A stretch of 64,000 nucleotides of DNA from an uncultured Candidatus Saccharibacteria bacterium (GCA_964419835.1 CAYQPT010000003.1:799-64798); one strand, 5' to 3'; shown: positions 50,552 through 60,296, numbered from the stretch's first letter. Notes: generated by a model from the sequence alone, not told the origin. A program made the numbers and translations.

Positions 50552-50917
50552 ATGATCCAGATGGGAACAAGATTAAAAGTTGCAGACAACACAGGTGCAA
50601 AAGAAATACAGTGCATCACTGTTCTTGGACGTGCAAAAAGAGATCAGGCACAGGTTGGCGATATTATTTCCGCATCAGTTAAAAGCGCAATTCCACGAGG
50701 CACAGTAAAGAAAAAGGAAGTTGTTAAGGCGGTTATTGTTCGCCAGAAAAAGCAAATTTCAAGAGAAGACGGCTCCTATATCAGTTTTTCAGAAAATGCA
50801 GCCGTTATCATTGACGATGCCGGCAATCCACGAGGAACACGTATCTTCGGGCCGATCCCACGAGAACTTCGAAGAGGATATATGAAGATAATTTCATTAG
50901 CACCGGAAGTATTATAA
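50552..50917 (+). CDS. rplN: 50S ribosomal protein uL14
   Basis: [28 protein letters not shown]. Confidence 0.99.
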   Translation: MIQMGTRLKVADNTGAKEIQCITVLGRAKRDQAQVGDIISASVKSAIPRGTVKKKEVVKAVIVRQKKQISREDGSYISFSENAAVIIDDAGNPRGTRIFGPIPRELRRGYMKIISLAPEVL

Positions 50918-50992
50918 TCAGTAAATCAGTAAATAAGTAAATCAGTAAATAAGTTCAAAACAGACAACTGATTCACTGACAACTGACAACTA
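50918..50992 (+). repeat. Family A spacer hairpin
   Basis: Four agtaaat(c/a) units ... acaactgattcactgacaactgacaact. Confidence 0.9.
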
Positions 50993-50999
50993 AAACAAC

Positions 51000-51320
51000 A
51001 TGAAGATTAAAAAAAATGACAATGTAATGATCATCGCAGGCAAAGACAAAGGCAAAACCGGAGTCGTTGAGCGAGTTTTCCCATCAATGGGCAAACTGGT
51101 TGTCAAAGGAATTGCTTTGGCTAAGAAACATGTTAAGCCAAGCAAAAAAAATCCTTCAGGCGGTATCATTGATATAAATCAAAAAATACAAGCATCCAAC
51201 GCAATGGTAGTCTGCCCAAGCTGCGGCAAGCCAACCAGAGTTGGTTATAATGTTTCGGAAAAAGGTAAAATTCGCATCTGCAAAAAATGCAGCCAAAGCG
51301 TTGAAGGCGGGACTAAATAA
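51000..51320 (+). CDS. rplX: 50S ribosomal protein uL24 (CxxC...CxxC form)
   Basis: IAGKDKGKTG KOW motif; CPSC and CKKC. Confidence 0.98.
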   Translation: MKIKKNDNVMIIAGKDKGKTGVVERVFPSMGKLVVKGIALAKKHVKPSKKNPSGGIIDINQKIQASNAMVVCPSCGKPTRVGYNVSEKGKIRICKKCSQSVEGGTK

Positions 51321-51877
51321 TGGAAAAATTGATTGAAAAATACAATAAGGTTATCATTCCTGAGCTTAGAAAAGAATTGTCCAAGAAGAATATCATGGAA
51401 GTTCCAAAGCTTTTAAAGGTTGTCGTTTCTACCGGTGTAGGAGATTTTAAAGAAGACGACAAAGCAATCGCAAAGATTGGCGCCGAGCTTTCAAAGCTAA
51501 CGGGAATGAAACCAAAGATAAACCGTTCCAGAAAAGCGGTATCCGCCTTTAAGCTTAGAATCGGTCAGCCGGTTGGGTTGACAGTCACCCTGCGCGGCGA
51601 GAAGATGTATGACTTTCTTGATCGATTGGTCAATGTATCATTTCCACGCGTACGAGACTTCCGCGGATTGCCCATGAAAGCTTTTGACGGACAAGGCAAT
51701 TATTCGATCGGTATTAAAGACTACTCGATTTTCCCTGAAATAAAATACGAAGATATTACAAACGCATTCGGAATTCAGATTAATGTAAGAACAAACTGCA
51801 AAAACACTGAGGATGCAAAGGCATTACTAGTTAAACTAGGTTTTCCATTCGAGAAAAATAAGGAGCAAAATGGCTAA
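51320..51877 (+). CDS. rplE: 50S ribosomal protein uL5
   Basis: [30 protein letters not shown]. Confidence 0.99.
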   Translation: MEKLIEKYNKVIIPELRKELSKKNIMEVPKLLKVVVSTGVGDFKEDDKAIAKIGAELSKLTGMKPKINRSRKAVSAFKLRIGQPVGLTVTLRGEKMYDFLDRLVNVSFPRVRDFRGLPMKAFDGQGNYSIGIKDYSIFPEIKYEDITNAFGIQINVRTNCKNTEDAKALLVKLGFPFEKNKEQNG

Positions 51878-52055
51878 GAAATCAATGATTGTTAAGGCGA
51901 ATAGAAAGCCAAAATATTCATCCCGTATCATACGTCGATGTAAAGTTTGCGGCCGACCAAGAGCATACATCAGAAAATTTAGCCTTTGCCGTATTTGTTT
52001 CAGAGAATTTGCATCAAAGGGCGAAATTCCAGGTGTATCAAAGTCGAGCTGGTAA
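51870..52055 (+). CDS. rpsZ: 30S ribosomal protein uS14, Zn-binding type Z
   Basis: RCKVCGR...LCRICFR...PGVSKSSW; 61 aa. Confidence 0.97.
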   Translation: MAKKSMIVKANRKPKYSSRIIRRCKVCGRPRAYIRKFSLCRICFREFASKGEIPGVSKSSW

Positions 52056-52061
52056 TAGAGG

Positions 52062-52148
52062 ATAAGTAAATCAGTAAATAAGTTGTAAGTAAATAAGTTC
52101 TTGTAAATAAACAGTAACCGAGAACTGACAACTGACAACTGACAACTA
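52062..52148 (+). repeat. Family A spacer hairpin
   Basis: agtaaatcagtaaataagttgtaagtaaataagt ... three actgaca units. Confidence 0.9.
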
Positions 52149-52156
52149 AGGAAATT

Positions 52157-52537
52157 ATGACAGATCACATCGCAGATTTATTGGTAAGAATCAAAAATGC
52201 TTCACTTGTTAAAAAGTACGAAGTCACTCTTCCATTTTCAAAAATGAAAGAGGCAATTTTGAAAATCCTTGAACGCGAAGAATTCATTAAGAATATTGAA
52301 GTTTCAGGAGAGGCCAATAAAAAAGTGATTAGCTTCCGAATTTCACATACAAAAACCCCAACCCACATCAAACAGATTTCAAAGCCGGGACAGAGAATCT
52401 ATGTCAAAAGCAAAGATATCCCAAATCCGCTTAGAGGTCTAGGACTTGTAATAATCTCAACCCCAAAGGGTGTTATTACTGCAAAAGAGGCCTCAAAAAC
52501 AGGATTGGGCGGGGAATTAATCTGTGAAATCTGGTAG
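52157..52537 (+). CDS. rpsH: 30S ribosomal protein uS8
   Basis: TDHIADLLVRIKNA, ISKPGQRIY, STPKGV, GGELIC. Confidence 0.98.
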   Translation: MTDHIADLLVRIKNASLVKKYEVTLPFSKMKEAILKILEREEFIKNIEVSGEANKKVISFRISHTKTPTHIKQISKPGQRIYVKSKDIPNPLRGLGLVIISTPKGVITAKEASKTGLGGELICEIW

Positions 52538-52542
52538 AGAGC

Positions 52543-52621
52543 AAGTAGTCGGTAAATCAGTAGTCAGTAAATCAGTAATAAATTAATAACTTACAACTTA
52601 TTCACTTACAACTGACAACTA
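52543..52621 (+). repeat. Family A spacer hairpin
   Basis: agtagtcggtaaatcagtagtcagtaaatcagt ... acttacaacttattcacttacaactgacaact. Confidence 0.9.
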
Positions 52622-52631
52622 AGGAAAAAAA

Positions 52632-53168
52632 ATGAGCAGAATAGGCAAAAGACCAATAAAAATTAAAGAGGGCGTAACAATTGAAATTACGCCATCAAAA
52701 GTAGTCGCTAAAAAAGATCAAAATTCTTTGGAATTAAAGATTCCCGAAGGAATAGTTGTCAAGCAAGACGGGAACGATCTTTTGGTTACAAGAAAAGACG
52801 AATCGAAGGATTTAAGATCAAAACATGGTCTAATTGCACGACTGCTCAAGAACATTATTACCGGAGTCCACGAAGGTTTCGTTCGAGAGCTTGAGTTCAA
52901 GGGAACTGGTTACAGGGCATCTGTTAATGGCAATGAAATCGTCCTAAACATGGGCTATTCGCACGAAATTACTCTTCCTATTGGAGAAGGCATTACAGTG
53001 CAAGTTAAGAAAAATTCAATCATATTGGCCGGAATGGATAAAGAGCGGCTTGGCGCACTAGCAGCGTCTATCCGAGAAGTTAGACCGCCGGAAGTTTATA
53101 AGGGCAAGGGCATTAAATATAAAGAAGAGTTGATTAGGCGAAAGGCCGGCAAGAAAGCCGCAGCATAA
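52632..53168 (+). CDS. rplF: 50S ribosomal protein uL6
   Basis: MSRIGKRPI, GTGYRA, RPPEVYKGKGIKY. Confidence 0.99.
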   Translation: MSRIGKRPIKIKEGVTIEITPSKVVAKKDQNSLELKIPEGIVVKQDGNDLLVTRKDESKDLRSKHGLIARLLKNIITGVHEGFVRELEFKGTGYRASVNGNEIVLNMGYSHEITLPIGEGITVQVKKNSIILAGMDKERLGALAASIREVRPPEVYKGKGIKYKEELIRRKAGKKAAA

Positions 53169-53170
53169 AA

Positions 53171-53258
53171 ATACAGATATACGGATAATGACAAGATATA
53201 CGGATGTACGGATGATCTGTAAATCTGTAAATCCGCGAAAGATCTGTAAATCCGTATT
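53171..53258 (+). repeat. Family B spacer hairpin
   Basis: atacagatatacggat...gatgtacggat / atctgtaaatctgtaaatccgcgaaagatctgtaaatccgtat. Confidence 0.9.
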
Positions 53259-53270
53259 AAGGAATACATT

Positions 53271-53585
53271 ATGGCACAAGAGTTTAATAAAAAATTTACT
53301 GGCACCGACGCAAGACCTAGAGTCTCGGTTTTTAGATCAAACGCCGCAATTTGCGCTCAGATTATCAATGATGGTACTGGCAAGACTTTGGTATCTGCCT
53401 CATCCAAAGAAATCAAAGAGAGTGGAAAACCGGTAGAAAAAGCTTCGCTTTGCGGAAAACTCCTTGCTAAGAAAGCCAAAGAAAAAAAGATTGAGGCAAT
53501 CGTTTTTGATAGAAATGGTTACCGATACCATGGCAGGGTAAAAGCTCTAGCAGAAGGTATGCGTGAGGGCGGACTTAAGTTTTAG
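53271..53585 (+). CDS. rplR: 50S ribosomal protein uL18 (short N-terminus)
   Basis: RPRVSVFRSN, FDRNGYRYHGRVKALA. Confidence 0.97.
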   Translation: MAQEFNKKFTGTDARPRVSVFRSNAAICAQIINDGTGKTLVSASSKEIKESGKPVEKASLCGKLLAKKAKEKKIEAIVFDRNGYRYHGRVKALAEGMREGGLKF

Positions 53586-53665
53586 TAAATCAGTAAATCA
53601 GTAAATCAGTAAATCAGCACTATTAAAATAGTAACTGAGAACTGAGAACTGACAACTTACAACTA
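53583..53665 (+). repeat. Family A spacer hairpin
   Basis: Four agtaaatc units ... aactgagaactgagaactgacaacttacaact. Confidence 0.9.
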
Positions 53666-53673
53666 AGGATAAT

Positions 53674-54321
53674 ATGACAGCAGCAGAAAAAAACATAATG
53701 AGACAACGCGGTTCTTACGAAAAAAGAGAACCAAAAGAATATGACGAAAAGGTGATTGAAGTCGCCAGAGTTTCGCGTGTGGTTAAAGGTGGTCGAAGAA
53801 TCCGGTTTCGAGCTTTAGTTGTGATTGGTAATCACAACGGAAAAGTCGGGATGGGTATTGCAAAAGCAACCGAGGTTTCAGAAGCAGTCAGGAAAGCCAC
53901 TACTTACGCTAAAAAGCACATTATTATAGTCCCAATCATTAGCGGCACTATTCCTTATGAAATCACCATGAAACATGGTGGAGCACGAGTGCTTTTAAAA
54001 CCCGCAACCGAAGGTACTTCAGTTGTTGCCGGTGGAAGCATAAGGTCTGTAGCTGAACTAGCTGGTATTTCAGATCTTCTGTCAAAATCACTTGGAAGCT
54101 CAAACAAGATTAACTGTGTAACCGCCACCATTAAAGCGCTTTCATCCTTCAATCCCGACATTGTTGAAAAGGTAAGAAAAGCTTCAGAACGATCAAAGCC
54201 AAAGGGCGAGCCGGTTGTGGTCAAAGAGGCGCCTGTCCCCGAAGAAAAAGTGGAAGAGAAAGTTGCTCCGGAGAAACCAAAAAAGTCAGTAAAAGCTAAA
54301 AAGGCAGCTGCCAAGAAATAG
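53674..54321 (+). CDS. rpsE: 30S ribosomal protein uS5 with Lys/Glu/Ala tail
   Basis: RVSRVVKGGRR, VLLKPA.EGT, KSLGSSN. Confidence 0.98.
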   Translation: MTAAEKNIMRQRGSYEKREPKEYDEKVIEVARVSRVVKGGRRIRFRALVVIGNHNGKVGMGIAKATEVSEAVRKATTYAKKHIIIVPIISGTIPYEITMKHGGARVLLKPATEGTSVVAGGSIRSVAELAGISDLLSKSLGSSNKINCVTATIKALSSFNPDIVEKVRKASERSKPKGEPVVVKEAPVPEEKVEEKVAPEKPKKSVKAKKAAAKK

Positions 54322-54420
54322 ATTAGTTAATCAGTTAAACTGTTAATCGGTTAACTGGTGACAATACTCAAGAATTATCAATAAACCATTTAACTATCTA
54401 ACAATTTAACCATTCAACAT
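54322..54420 (+). repeat. Family D spacer hairpin (gttaa / ttaac 8-nt units)
   Basis: tagttaatcagttaaactgttaatcggttaactgg ... ccatttaactatctaacaatttaaccatt. Confidence 0.75.
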
Positions 54421-54421
54421 T

Positions 54422-54952
54422 ATGAAGCTAATATCAGTACAAACTAAAAATAAGAAAAGACCTGGCCGAGGCATTTCAGCCGGTCAAGGTAAAACTGCAG
54501 GTCGCGGAACAAAAGGACAAAAGTCGCGAAGTGGTTTTAATATTCCAAATCGACATGAAGGTGGACAGACCCCGCTTTCAATGAGACTGCCTAAGTTGCC
54601 AGGTTTTAAATCCCTAAAGAAAAAAGCGGCAATCATTTCACTCGATCAAATCTCAAAAGAATTCAAAGATAAAGAAATTGTTTCTCTGGATGCTTTGGAG
54701 AAAAAAGGCCTGATCAAGACGGGCGAGAAAGCCAAAATCCTTAACAATGGTAAGCTCACAGTTAAAGTTACTCTTGGTGAAGGCGTCAAAGTGTCAGAGA
54801 AGATTGCAAATCTATTCGCTTCGGATCTTCCGGTTGTTAAGGCAGAAACTCTGCCTGAGAAAGCAAAAGGATTAGCACCTGAAGTCAAAAAAGACGAAAC
54901 TCCGGTTAAAGTCAAAAAAGCCCCTGCCAAAAAGCCAACAGCCAAAGCCTAA
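54422..54952 (+). CDS. rplO: 50S ribosomal protein uL15 with Lys/Pro/Ala tail
   Basis: GRGISAGQGKTAGRGTKGQKSRSG, EGGQTPL..RLPK. Confidence 0.97.
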   Translation: MKLISVQTKNKKRPGRGISAGQGKTAGRGTKGQKSRSGFNIPNRHEGGQTPLSMRLPKLPGFKSLKKKAAIISLDQISKEFKDKEIVSLDALEKKGLIKTGEKAKILNNGKLTVKVTLGEGVKVSEKIANLFASDLPVVKAETLPEKAKGLAPEVKKDETPVKVKKAPAKKPTAKA

Positions 54953-55000
54953 TGCTCCCCTTAGGGGAAAAACCACAAAATAGATATTCCAGTTATACAT

Positions 55001-55037
55001 AAATAAAAATGCTCCAGCGAATGGAGTATTTTTATTT
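55001..55037. terminator. Intrinsic terminator after rplO
   Basis: aaataaaaatgctcca-gcgaa-tggagtatttttattt. Confidence 0.75.
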
Positions 55038-55169
55038 GGCAAATATGACTATATAGCTCAGAAAAAGGACTTTTTAGATAATGCTCAGCTTGATTTAATT
55101 AAAGCAAACCTCTAAGTTGTTAAACCGTACGCTCATGATGGAGCGGTTTTTAATAAGGAAAGGTTTGTT

Positions 55170-55565
55170 ATGAGTGAAGCTATTAAAGAAAAACTAGGGA
55201 TGTTCCGCAATACTTTCTTTCGGGAAAAGTACCGTTTTGATCAGGGAAACGCTTTTTTGGTTTTTTTAAACTTTACAATGCTCGTAACTTCTCTGGTTAA
55301 ACAAAGTCATGGCAATCAAAGCTTGGTTGCTTGGTATGTGGTTTTGGGGTTTACGGGAACATGGATTTTGGGCTATTTCTTAGACAAAATTGTCCGCGTA
55401 CAGGACGCATCTGAAAGAGTGGCTTTTAAGAGAAGCCCGATTTGGAAAAGAAATTTTGATCATCATAGCCAAATAAATCGTAAGATTGAGAACATTAATA
55501 AGAAAATCGATAATATTCATAAATTGGTTGAGGACATCAAAAAGCTTGAAAAAGAAAATCAATAA
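55170..55565 (+). CDS. Hypothetical two-TM protein with C-terminal coiled coil
   Basis: RBS aaggaaagg; two hydrophobic segments; heptad-like C-terminus. Confidence 0.7.
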   Translation: MSEAIKEKLGMFRNTFFREKYRFDQGNAFLVFLNFTMLVTSLVKQSHGNQSLVAWYVVLGFTGTWILGYFLDKIVRVQDASERVAFKRSPIWKRNFDHHSQINRKIENINKKIDNIHKLVEDIKKLEKENQ

Positions 55566-55581
55566 TACCATTCTATAGTTC

Positions 55582-55935
55582 ATGGATACTTATTGTGATA
55601 TTATGGACTATATGGAAAATGAGCTTTTAAAAATATGTGTAGGAGTGCCTGAAAGCCATGCAGATGCCGTTCGCGAAGCACTTGGAAGTGCAGGTGCAGG
55701 TAAAATTGGCAATTATGACTTCTGTAGCTTTTCCTGCAAAGGCGTTGGCAGATTCCGTCCTCTCTCGGGCGCTAAGCCGGCGATAGGTGAAATCGGCCAA
55801 ATTGAGACCGTTTCTGAGGAGCAGATACAAACTGTTTGCTATAGGTCTGATCTCGATAAAATCATCAAAGCAATAAAACAGGTTCATCCTTACGAAGAGC
55901 CAGTTATTGATGTGTATCCTTTGGCTCAAATTTAA
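55582..55935 (+). CDS. YqfO-like stand-alone NIF3 insertion (PII-like) domain protein; true start may be 55612
   Basis: AGAGKIGNYDFCSF...G.GRFRP..GAKP.IG, HPYEEP. Confidence 0.85.
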   Translation: MDTYCDIMDYMENELLKICVGVPESHADAVREALGSAGAGKIGNYDFCSFSCKGVGRFRPLSGAKPAIGEIGQIETVSEEQIQTVCYRSDLDKIIKAIKQVHPYEEPVIDVYPLAQI

Positions 55936-56027
55936 TATATGATAAATACTCAACAATACAAACTGTTTTTGTATTTTGCGACACAATAAATGAATTGATT
56001 TTAACCTCCAAATAAGTTAAGATAAGC

Positions 56028-57302
56028 GTGATGGATAAACTCGAAAAAATATGGCGGTTTCCCGACCTACGCAACAAAATTTTAGTTGCGGTCGGTTTGC
56101 TATTGGTTACCCGTTTATTGTCACATATTCCTCTTCCCGGAGTTGATCTTGCAAGATTGCAGCAGTTTTTTCAGCAGAATCAGGCCTTTGGACTCCTAAA
56201 TATGTTTTCCGGTGGTACGATGAGCAATTTTTCGATCATTTTAATGGGTGTTGGACCATATATTACATCTTCAATTATTTTTCAGTTATTGGGTATGATT
56301 TTCCCTGCTGTAGAGCGCTTACAGAAAGAAGGAGAGGAAGGGAAGCAGAAGATCAATCAATGGACAAGGATGGCAACCATACCATTTGCGATAATCCAAG
56401 CATTTTCAATGCTAGTGATTCTTCGTAATCAAGGCATTATTCCCGGGTGGACACCATTTGATCTTTCGGTCATGTTGATTTCAGTCTGTGCCGGCACAAT
56501 ATTGCTCATGTGGATTGGTGAAATTATTTCTGAAAAGGGGATAGGGAATGGCGTTTCATTAATCATCGGGTTGGGTATTCTCTCTGGATTTCCGGAGCAG
56601 ATTAGAAATACCGCCGCATTGGTCAGCACTGGCGATACAAGCAAGATAATCGGCGTTTTTGCATTTTTAGCAATCTTATTAATTACAATTGCCGGTATTA
56701 TCTTTGTTCAGGAGGGACAACGCAACATTCCTATTTCGTATGCAAAAAACATGCGTTTTGGTGCACATAGCGGGGTTGCAAGTCACCTGCCTATCCGAGT
56801 AAATATAGCCGGCGTAATTCCAATCATTTTTGCCATGAGCTTGCTCGTTATGCCTGGGGTCGTGTCCAAGTACTTGGAAAACGCCCATACGCCATGGATT
56901 GCGCACAGCGCCAAATTTACATCTGATCTGTTTGCCAACCAAGTATTTTATGGGATAGCATACTTTTTACTAGTGGTCATTTTTACATACTTTTACACCT
57001 CCGTTGTATTTAAGCCGGATCAGATTGCAGAGAATCTACAGAAACAGAGCGGGTATGTTCCCGGTATTCGCCCCGGAACGGAAACAAAAGAATATTTAAG
57101 CGGAATTATTACCAGAATCACCCTTTTCGGCGCCACATTCTTGGGCGTTATTGCCGTTCTGCCGTTCATTGTTCAATCAGTCACTCACATCACAACTATT
57201 GTTCTTGGCGGAACGGGAATATTGATTATTGTTTCGGTTGTGGTTGAAACCATGCGTCAGGTTGAATCGCAGATTACAATGCACACATATGACACATATT
57301 AA
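56028..57302 (+). CDS. secY: Preprotein translocase SecY
   Basis: MGVGPYITSSII, GIGNGVSLII, AGVIPIIFA, VPGIRPG, GGTGILIIV. Confidence 0.99.
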   Translation: MMDKLEKIWRFPDLRNKILVAVGLLLVTRLLSHIPLPGVDLARLQQFFQQNQAFGLLNMFSGGTMSNFSIILMGVGPYITSSIIFQLLGMIFPAVERLQKEGEEGKQKINQWTRMATIPFAIIQAFSMLVILRNQGIIPGWTPFDLSVMLISVCAGTILLMWIGEIISEKGIGNGVSLIIGLGILSGFPEQIRNTAALVSTGDTSKIIGVFAFLAILLITIAGIIFVQEGQRNIPISYAKNMRFGAHSGVASHLPIRVNIAGVIPIIFAMSLLVMPGVVSKYLENAHTPWIAHSAKFTSDLFANQVFYGIAYFLLVVIFTYFYTSVVFKPDQIAENLQKQSGYVPGIRPGTETKEYLSGIITRITLFGATFLGVIAVLPFIVQSVTHITTIVLGGTGILIIVSVVVETMRQVESQITMHTYDTY

Positions 57303-57402
57303 TTTTTAAAAATTAATATGTGTAAAATTCAAATCTCAAATTTCAAATCTCAAAATAGGGAATTTTACTATTAAAGCATTTAACAGCTCAGTTAGGAGAA
57401 AA

Positions 57403-58041
57403 ATGAAGAAAATCTACTCATTTATTGGTTTGCCCGCATCAGGCAAAGGAACACAGGCTAAAATTTTCGCCGACAAGCATAATTTGGATCTTATTGGCAT
57501 GGGAGACTTAATTCGTGCTGCCATTACCGAGAGCGAAGGCAAAGATGATCCATTTGTAAATGAAATTAAGAAAAGATATGATGCAGGCGTTCCACAGCCC
57601 GACGAAGTGGCTTTTGACCTGCTTTCAAAAAAGCTCTCAACCTTAACTAAAGACGGCGCCGTTTTTGATAATTTTCCCTTCACAGTCAAACAGGCGGAGC
57701 TTTTGATTGATTTCACTAAGGAAAATGATTGGGAATTGCCGACTTTAATTCACATCAAACTAGATCCCGAAACCACAATTGAACGAATCGCCCACAGGAA
57801 AATCTGTCCGCAGTGCAACCGTATCTACAGCAAAAAAGACATCACAATTTGCGAGGAGTGTGGTATTGCTTTGGTCTCGAGAGCAGACGACAACGAGGAA
57901 ACAGCACGGACAAGAATTGAGCACTATGTTCCAAAAATTAATGAACTAGTTGATTATTATAAGGGTGTAGGCCGTCTGATTGATATTGACGGTGAACCTT
58001 CAGTCGAGCAAGTTACCGAGGAAATTGAAAAGGCACTATGA
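57403..58041 (+). CDS. adk: Adenylate kinase with Zn-binding LID
   Basis: GLPASGKGTQ, DNFP, CPQC...CEEC, RADDNEE. Confidence 0.95.
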   Translation: MKKIYSFIGLPASGKGTQAKIFADKHNLDLIGMGDLIRAAITESEGKDDPFVNEIKKRYDAGVPQPDEVAFDLLSKKLSTLTKDGAVFDNFPFTVKQAELLIDFTKENDWELPTLIHIKLDPETTIERIAHRKICPQCNRIYSKKDITICEECGIALVSRADDNEETARTRIEHYVPKINELVDYYKGVGRLIDIDGEPSVEQVTEEIEKAL

Positions 58042-58796
58042 GCAATATTCTTTCCAAGAAAGAAATAAAAGACATAAAAGTTTGCGGCAAGATTTTAAAG
58101 GACTCTTTAAATGAAGTCAAAAATGCCGTCAAACCCGGAGTTTCTACGTTGGAATTAGATAAAATAGCCGAAGACGCCATCGTAAGGCAGGGCGCCGTCC
58201 CGTCATTTAAGGATTATGAGGTTAAGGGATCCGGAAATTTCCCTTTTACCACATGTGTTTCGATAAATGATGAGGTAGTACACGGTCTTCCATCTAAAAG
58301 GATTATTAACAATGGAGATGTCGTGTCGCTTGATCTTGGTGCCATATACAATGGTGTATGTACCGACATGGCGATTACGCTTCCTGTAGGTGATGTAAGT
58401 GAATCCGCTCTAAAGTTGATCTCAGTCACCCGCGAATGCCTGAATCTGGGTATAAACGAGGCCAAAGCAGGCAAATATATTGGTGATATTGGAAATGCTG
58501 TTCAAACTCATGCTGAGAGGAACAAATTTGGTGTTGTAAGGGACTTGGTTGGGCATGGAATAGGAACTGAGCCCCATATGCAACCAAGTATTCCTAATTT
58601 TGGGAAAAAAGGCGCTGGAGCCAAGATTATCGAAGGAATGGCACTTGCAATTGAGCCAATGCTGACGGAAGGAAATTATGAAGTTAAAGTGGGTATGGAC
58701 GGATGGACGGTGCTCACTCGCGACGGCTCCATAGCAGCTCATTTTGAGCACACAATCGTTATTGTAGAGGGAAAACCTATTGTCGTTACTGCGTAA
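58038..58796 (+). CDS. map: Methionine aminopeptidase type I
   Basis: CVSINDEVVHG, GHGIG...H, IEPM, AHFEHT. Confidence 0.98.
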   Translation: MSNILSKKEIKDIKVCGKILKDSLNEVKNAVKPGVSTLELDKIAEDAIVRQGAVPSFKDYEVKGSGNFPFTTCVSINDEVVHGLPSKRIINNGDVVSLDLGAIYNGVCTDMAITLPVGDVSESALKLISVTRECLNLGINEAKAGKYIGDIGNAVQTHAERNKFGVVRDLVGHGIGTEPHMQPSIPNFGKKGAGAKIIEGMALAIEPMLTEGNYEVKVGMDGWTVLTRDGSIAAHFEHTIVIVEGKPIVVTA

Positions 58797-58972
58797 TGAC
58801 GCAATTTAAAATTTATAATTTTTAATTCAAAATTGTTGTGGACACTGCGTGTTGGCACTAGAGTAATCCAGCCACTGAGTGGCTTCAAAAGCATCTATCT
58901 ACTAACTACTATCTACTAACCACTAAATGTGTTGACTTATACCATAAATTGTGTTAAATTTTATAATGAAAT

Positions 58973-59218
58973 ATGTCAAAAAATGATGCAATCGAAATGA
59001 CCGGTAAGGTGGTCGAAGTTTTACCTGATTCAAAGCTGAGAATAGAACTAGAAACAGGACATTCTGTTTTAGGTTATTTATCGGGTAAAATGATCAAAAA
59101 CCGCATTCAGGTTATGGCAGGAGACAATGTAATTGTCGAGTTAACACCTTATGATTTGTCTAGAGGACGAATTGTGAGGCGGTTAAATCCCGAGAGAAAA
59201 TTCGGTTCTGGCTCATAA
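58973..59218 (+). CDS. infA: Translation initiation factor IF-1
   Basis: G.VVEVLP, LSGKM...[13 protein letters not shown]. Confidence 0.98.
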   Translation: MSKNDAIEMTGKVVEVLPDSKLRIELETGHSVLGYLSGKMIKNRIQVMAGDNVIVELTPYDLSRGRIVRRLNPERKFGSGS

Positions 59219-59257
59219 ATAGCATCGCCATGGGGGAGTTTTTAATTTTGGAATATA

Positions 59258-59404
59258 ATGAAGGTTCAGTCATCCGTTAAAAAAATCTGCGATAAATGTA
59301 AGATTATCATTAGAAGCAAAAAGGGCAAATCAAAGCGTGTAAGTTCAAAGAAACGCTTGTTTGTCATCTGCTCTAATCCAAAGCATAAACAGAGACAAGG
59401 ATAA
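59258..59404 (+). CDS. rpmJ: 50S ribosomal protein bL36 (48 aa, ~11-aa basic insertion), missing from ORF track
   Basis: [48 protein letters not shown]. Confidence 0.95.
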   Translation: MKVQSSVKKICDKCKIIIRSKKGKSKRVSSKKRLFVICSNPKHKQRQG

Positions 59405-59406
59405 AT

Positions 59407-59793
59407 ATGGCCCGAATAGCTGGTGTTAACATTCCAAACGAAAAAAGAATTGAGATAGGTCTAACCTATGTATTTGGTATTGGTCCGTCTACGAGTAAGA
59501 AAATTCTTAGCCAGACCAGCATTAATCCCGATATTCGCGTTAAGGATTTGACAGAATCAGACTTGGAAAAAATCCGGAATATTATAGGAAAAAACATTCG
59601 AGTTGAAGGCGACCTTAAGATGGAGGTTACTCAGAATATTAAGCGCTTAAAAGAGATTAATTCATATAGGGGAACTCGGCATTTGAGAGGGCTGCCAGCA
59701 AGAGGACAAAGAACAAAGACAAATGCCAGAACCAAAAGAGGCAAAAAAGTAACAGTCGGATCAGGAAGAAAAGCTGCAGCACAAAAAACATAA
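59407..59793 (+). CDS. rpsM: 30S ribosomal protein uS13
   Basis: [21 protein letters not shown]. Confidence 0.99.
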   Translation: MARIAGVNIPNEKRIEIGLTYVFGIGPSTSKKILSQTSINPDIRVKDLTESDLEKIRNIIGKNIRVEGDLKMEVTQNIKRLKEINSYRGTRHLRGLPARGQRTKTNARTKRGKKVTVGSGRKAAAQKT

Positions 59794-59802
59794 TTAGAAA
59801 AA

Positions 59803-59882
59803 TAGTCGGTTAGTAGGGTAGTTAGTTAGTAAATTAATTATCAAATCTCTAACCATCTAATCCACTAACAAACTAATGAACC
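59803..59882 (+). repeat. Family D spacer hairpin
   Basis: tagtcggttagtagggtagttagttagt ... ctaaccatctaatccactaacaaactaa. Confidence 0.7.
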
Positions 59883-59888
59883 ATTATC

Positions 59889-60296
59889 ATGGCCAAAGAA
59901 ACACCTAAAAAGTCAACTAAAAAAATAGTCAAAAAGAGATCGAAAACCCCCGTTCTTTCAGGAAGCATTTTCGTTCAATCATCTTTCAACAACACGATTA
60001 TTTCAATTACCGATGAAACCGGAAACGTTATTGCCTGGGCAACAGCGGGTTCCAGTGGCTTTAAAGGTGCTAGAAAATCCACTCCTTACGCTGCTCAGAT
60101 AGCAGCAGCAGCTGCAATTGAAAAGGCAAAAGCAAGAGGATTTTCCAAAGCCAAGGTTTATGTAACCGGTGTCGGATCAGGACGAGAATCCGCCGTTAGA
60201 GCCATCACAAACACTGACATTGAAGTTACATTAATCAAAGATACAACACCGGTAGCGCACAATGGCTGCCGTCCTAAAAAAGCCCGAAGAGTATAA
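59889..60296 (+). CDS. rpsK: 30S ribosomal protein uS11
   Basis: SFNNTII, GFKGARKSTPYAAQ, HNGCRP. Confidence 0.99.
   Translation: MAKETPKKSTKKIVKKRSKTPVLSGSIFVQSSFNNTIISITDETGNVIAWATAGSSGFKGARKSTPYAAQIAAAAAIEKAKARGFSKAKVYVTGVGSGRESAVRAITNTDIEVTLIKDTTPVAHNGCRPKKARRV

Noticed and set aside
54322-54421. Missing rpmD (uL30) as a novelty
   Set aside because: Absence of uL30 is an established CPR trait; used only as taxonomic evidence.
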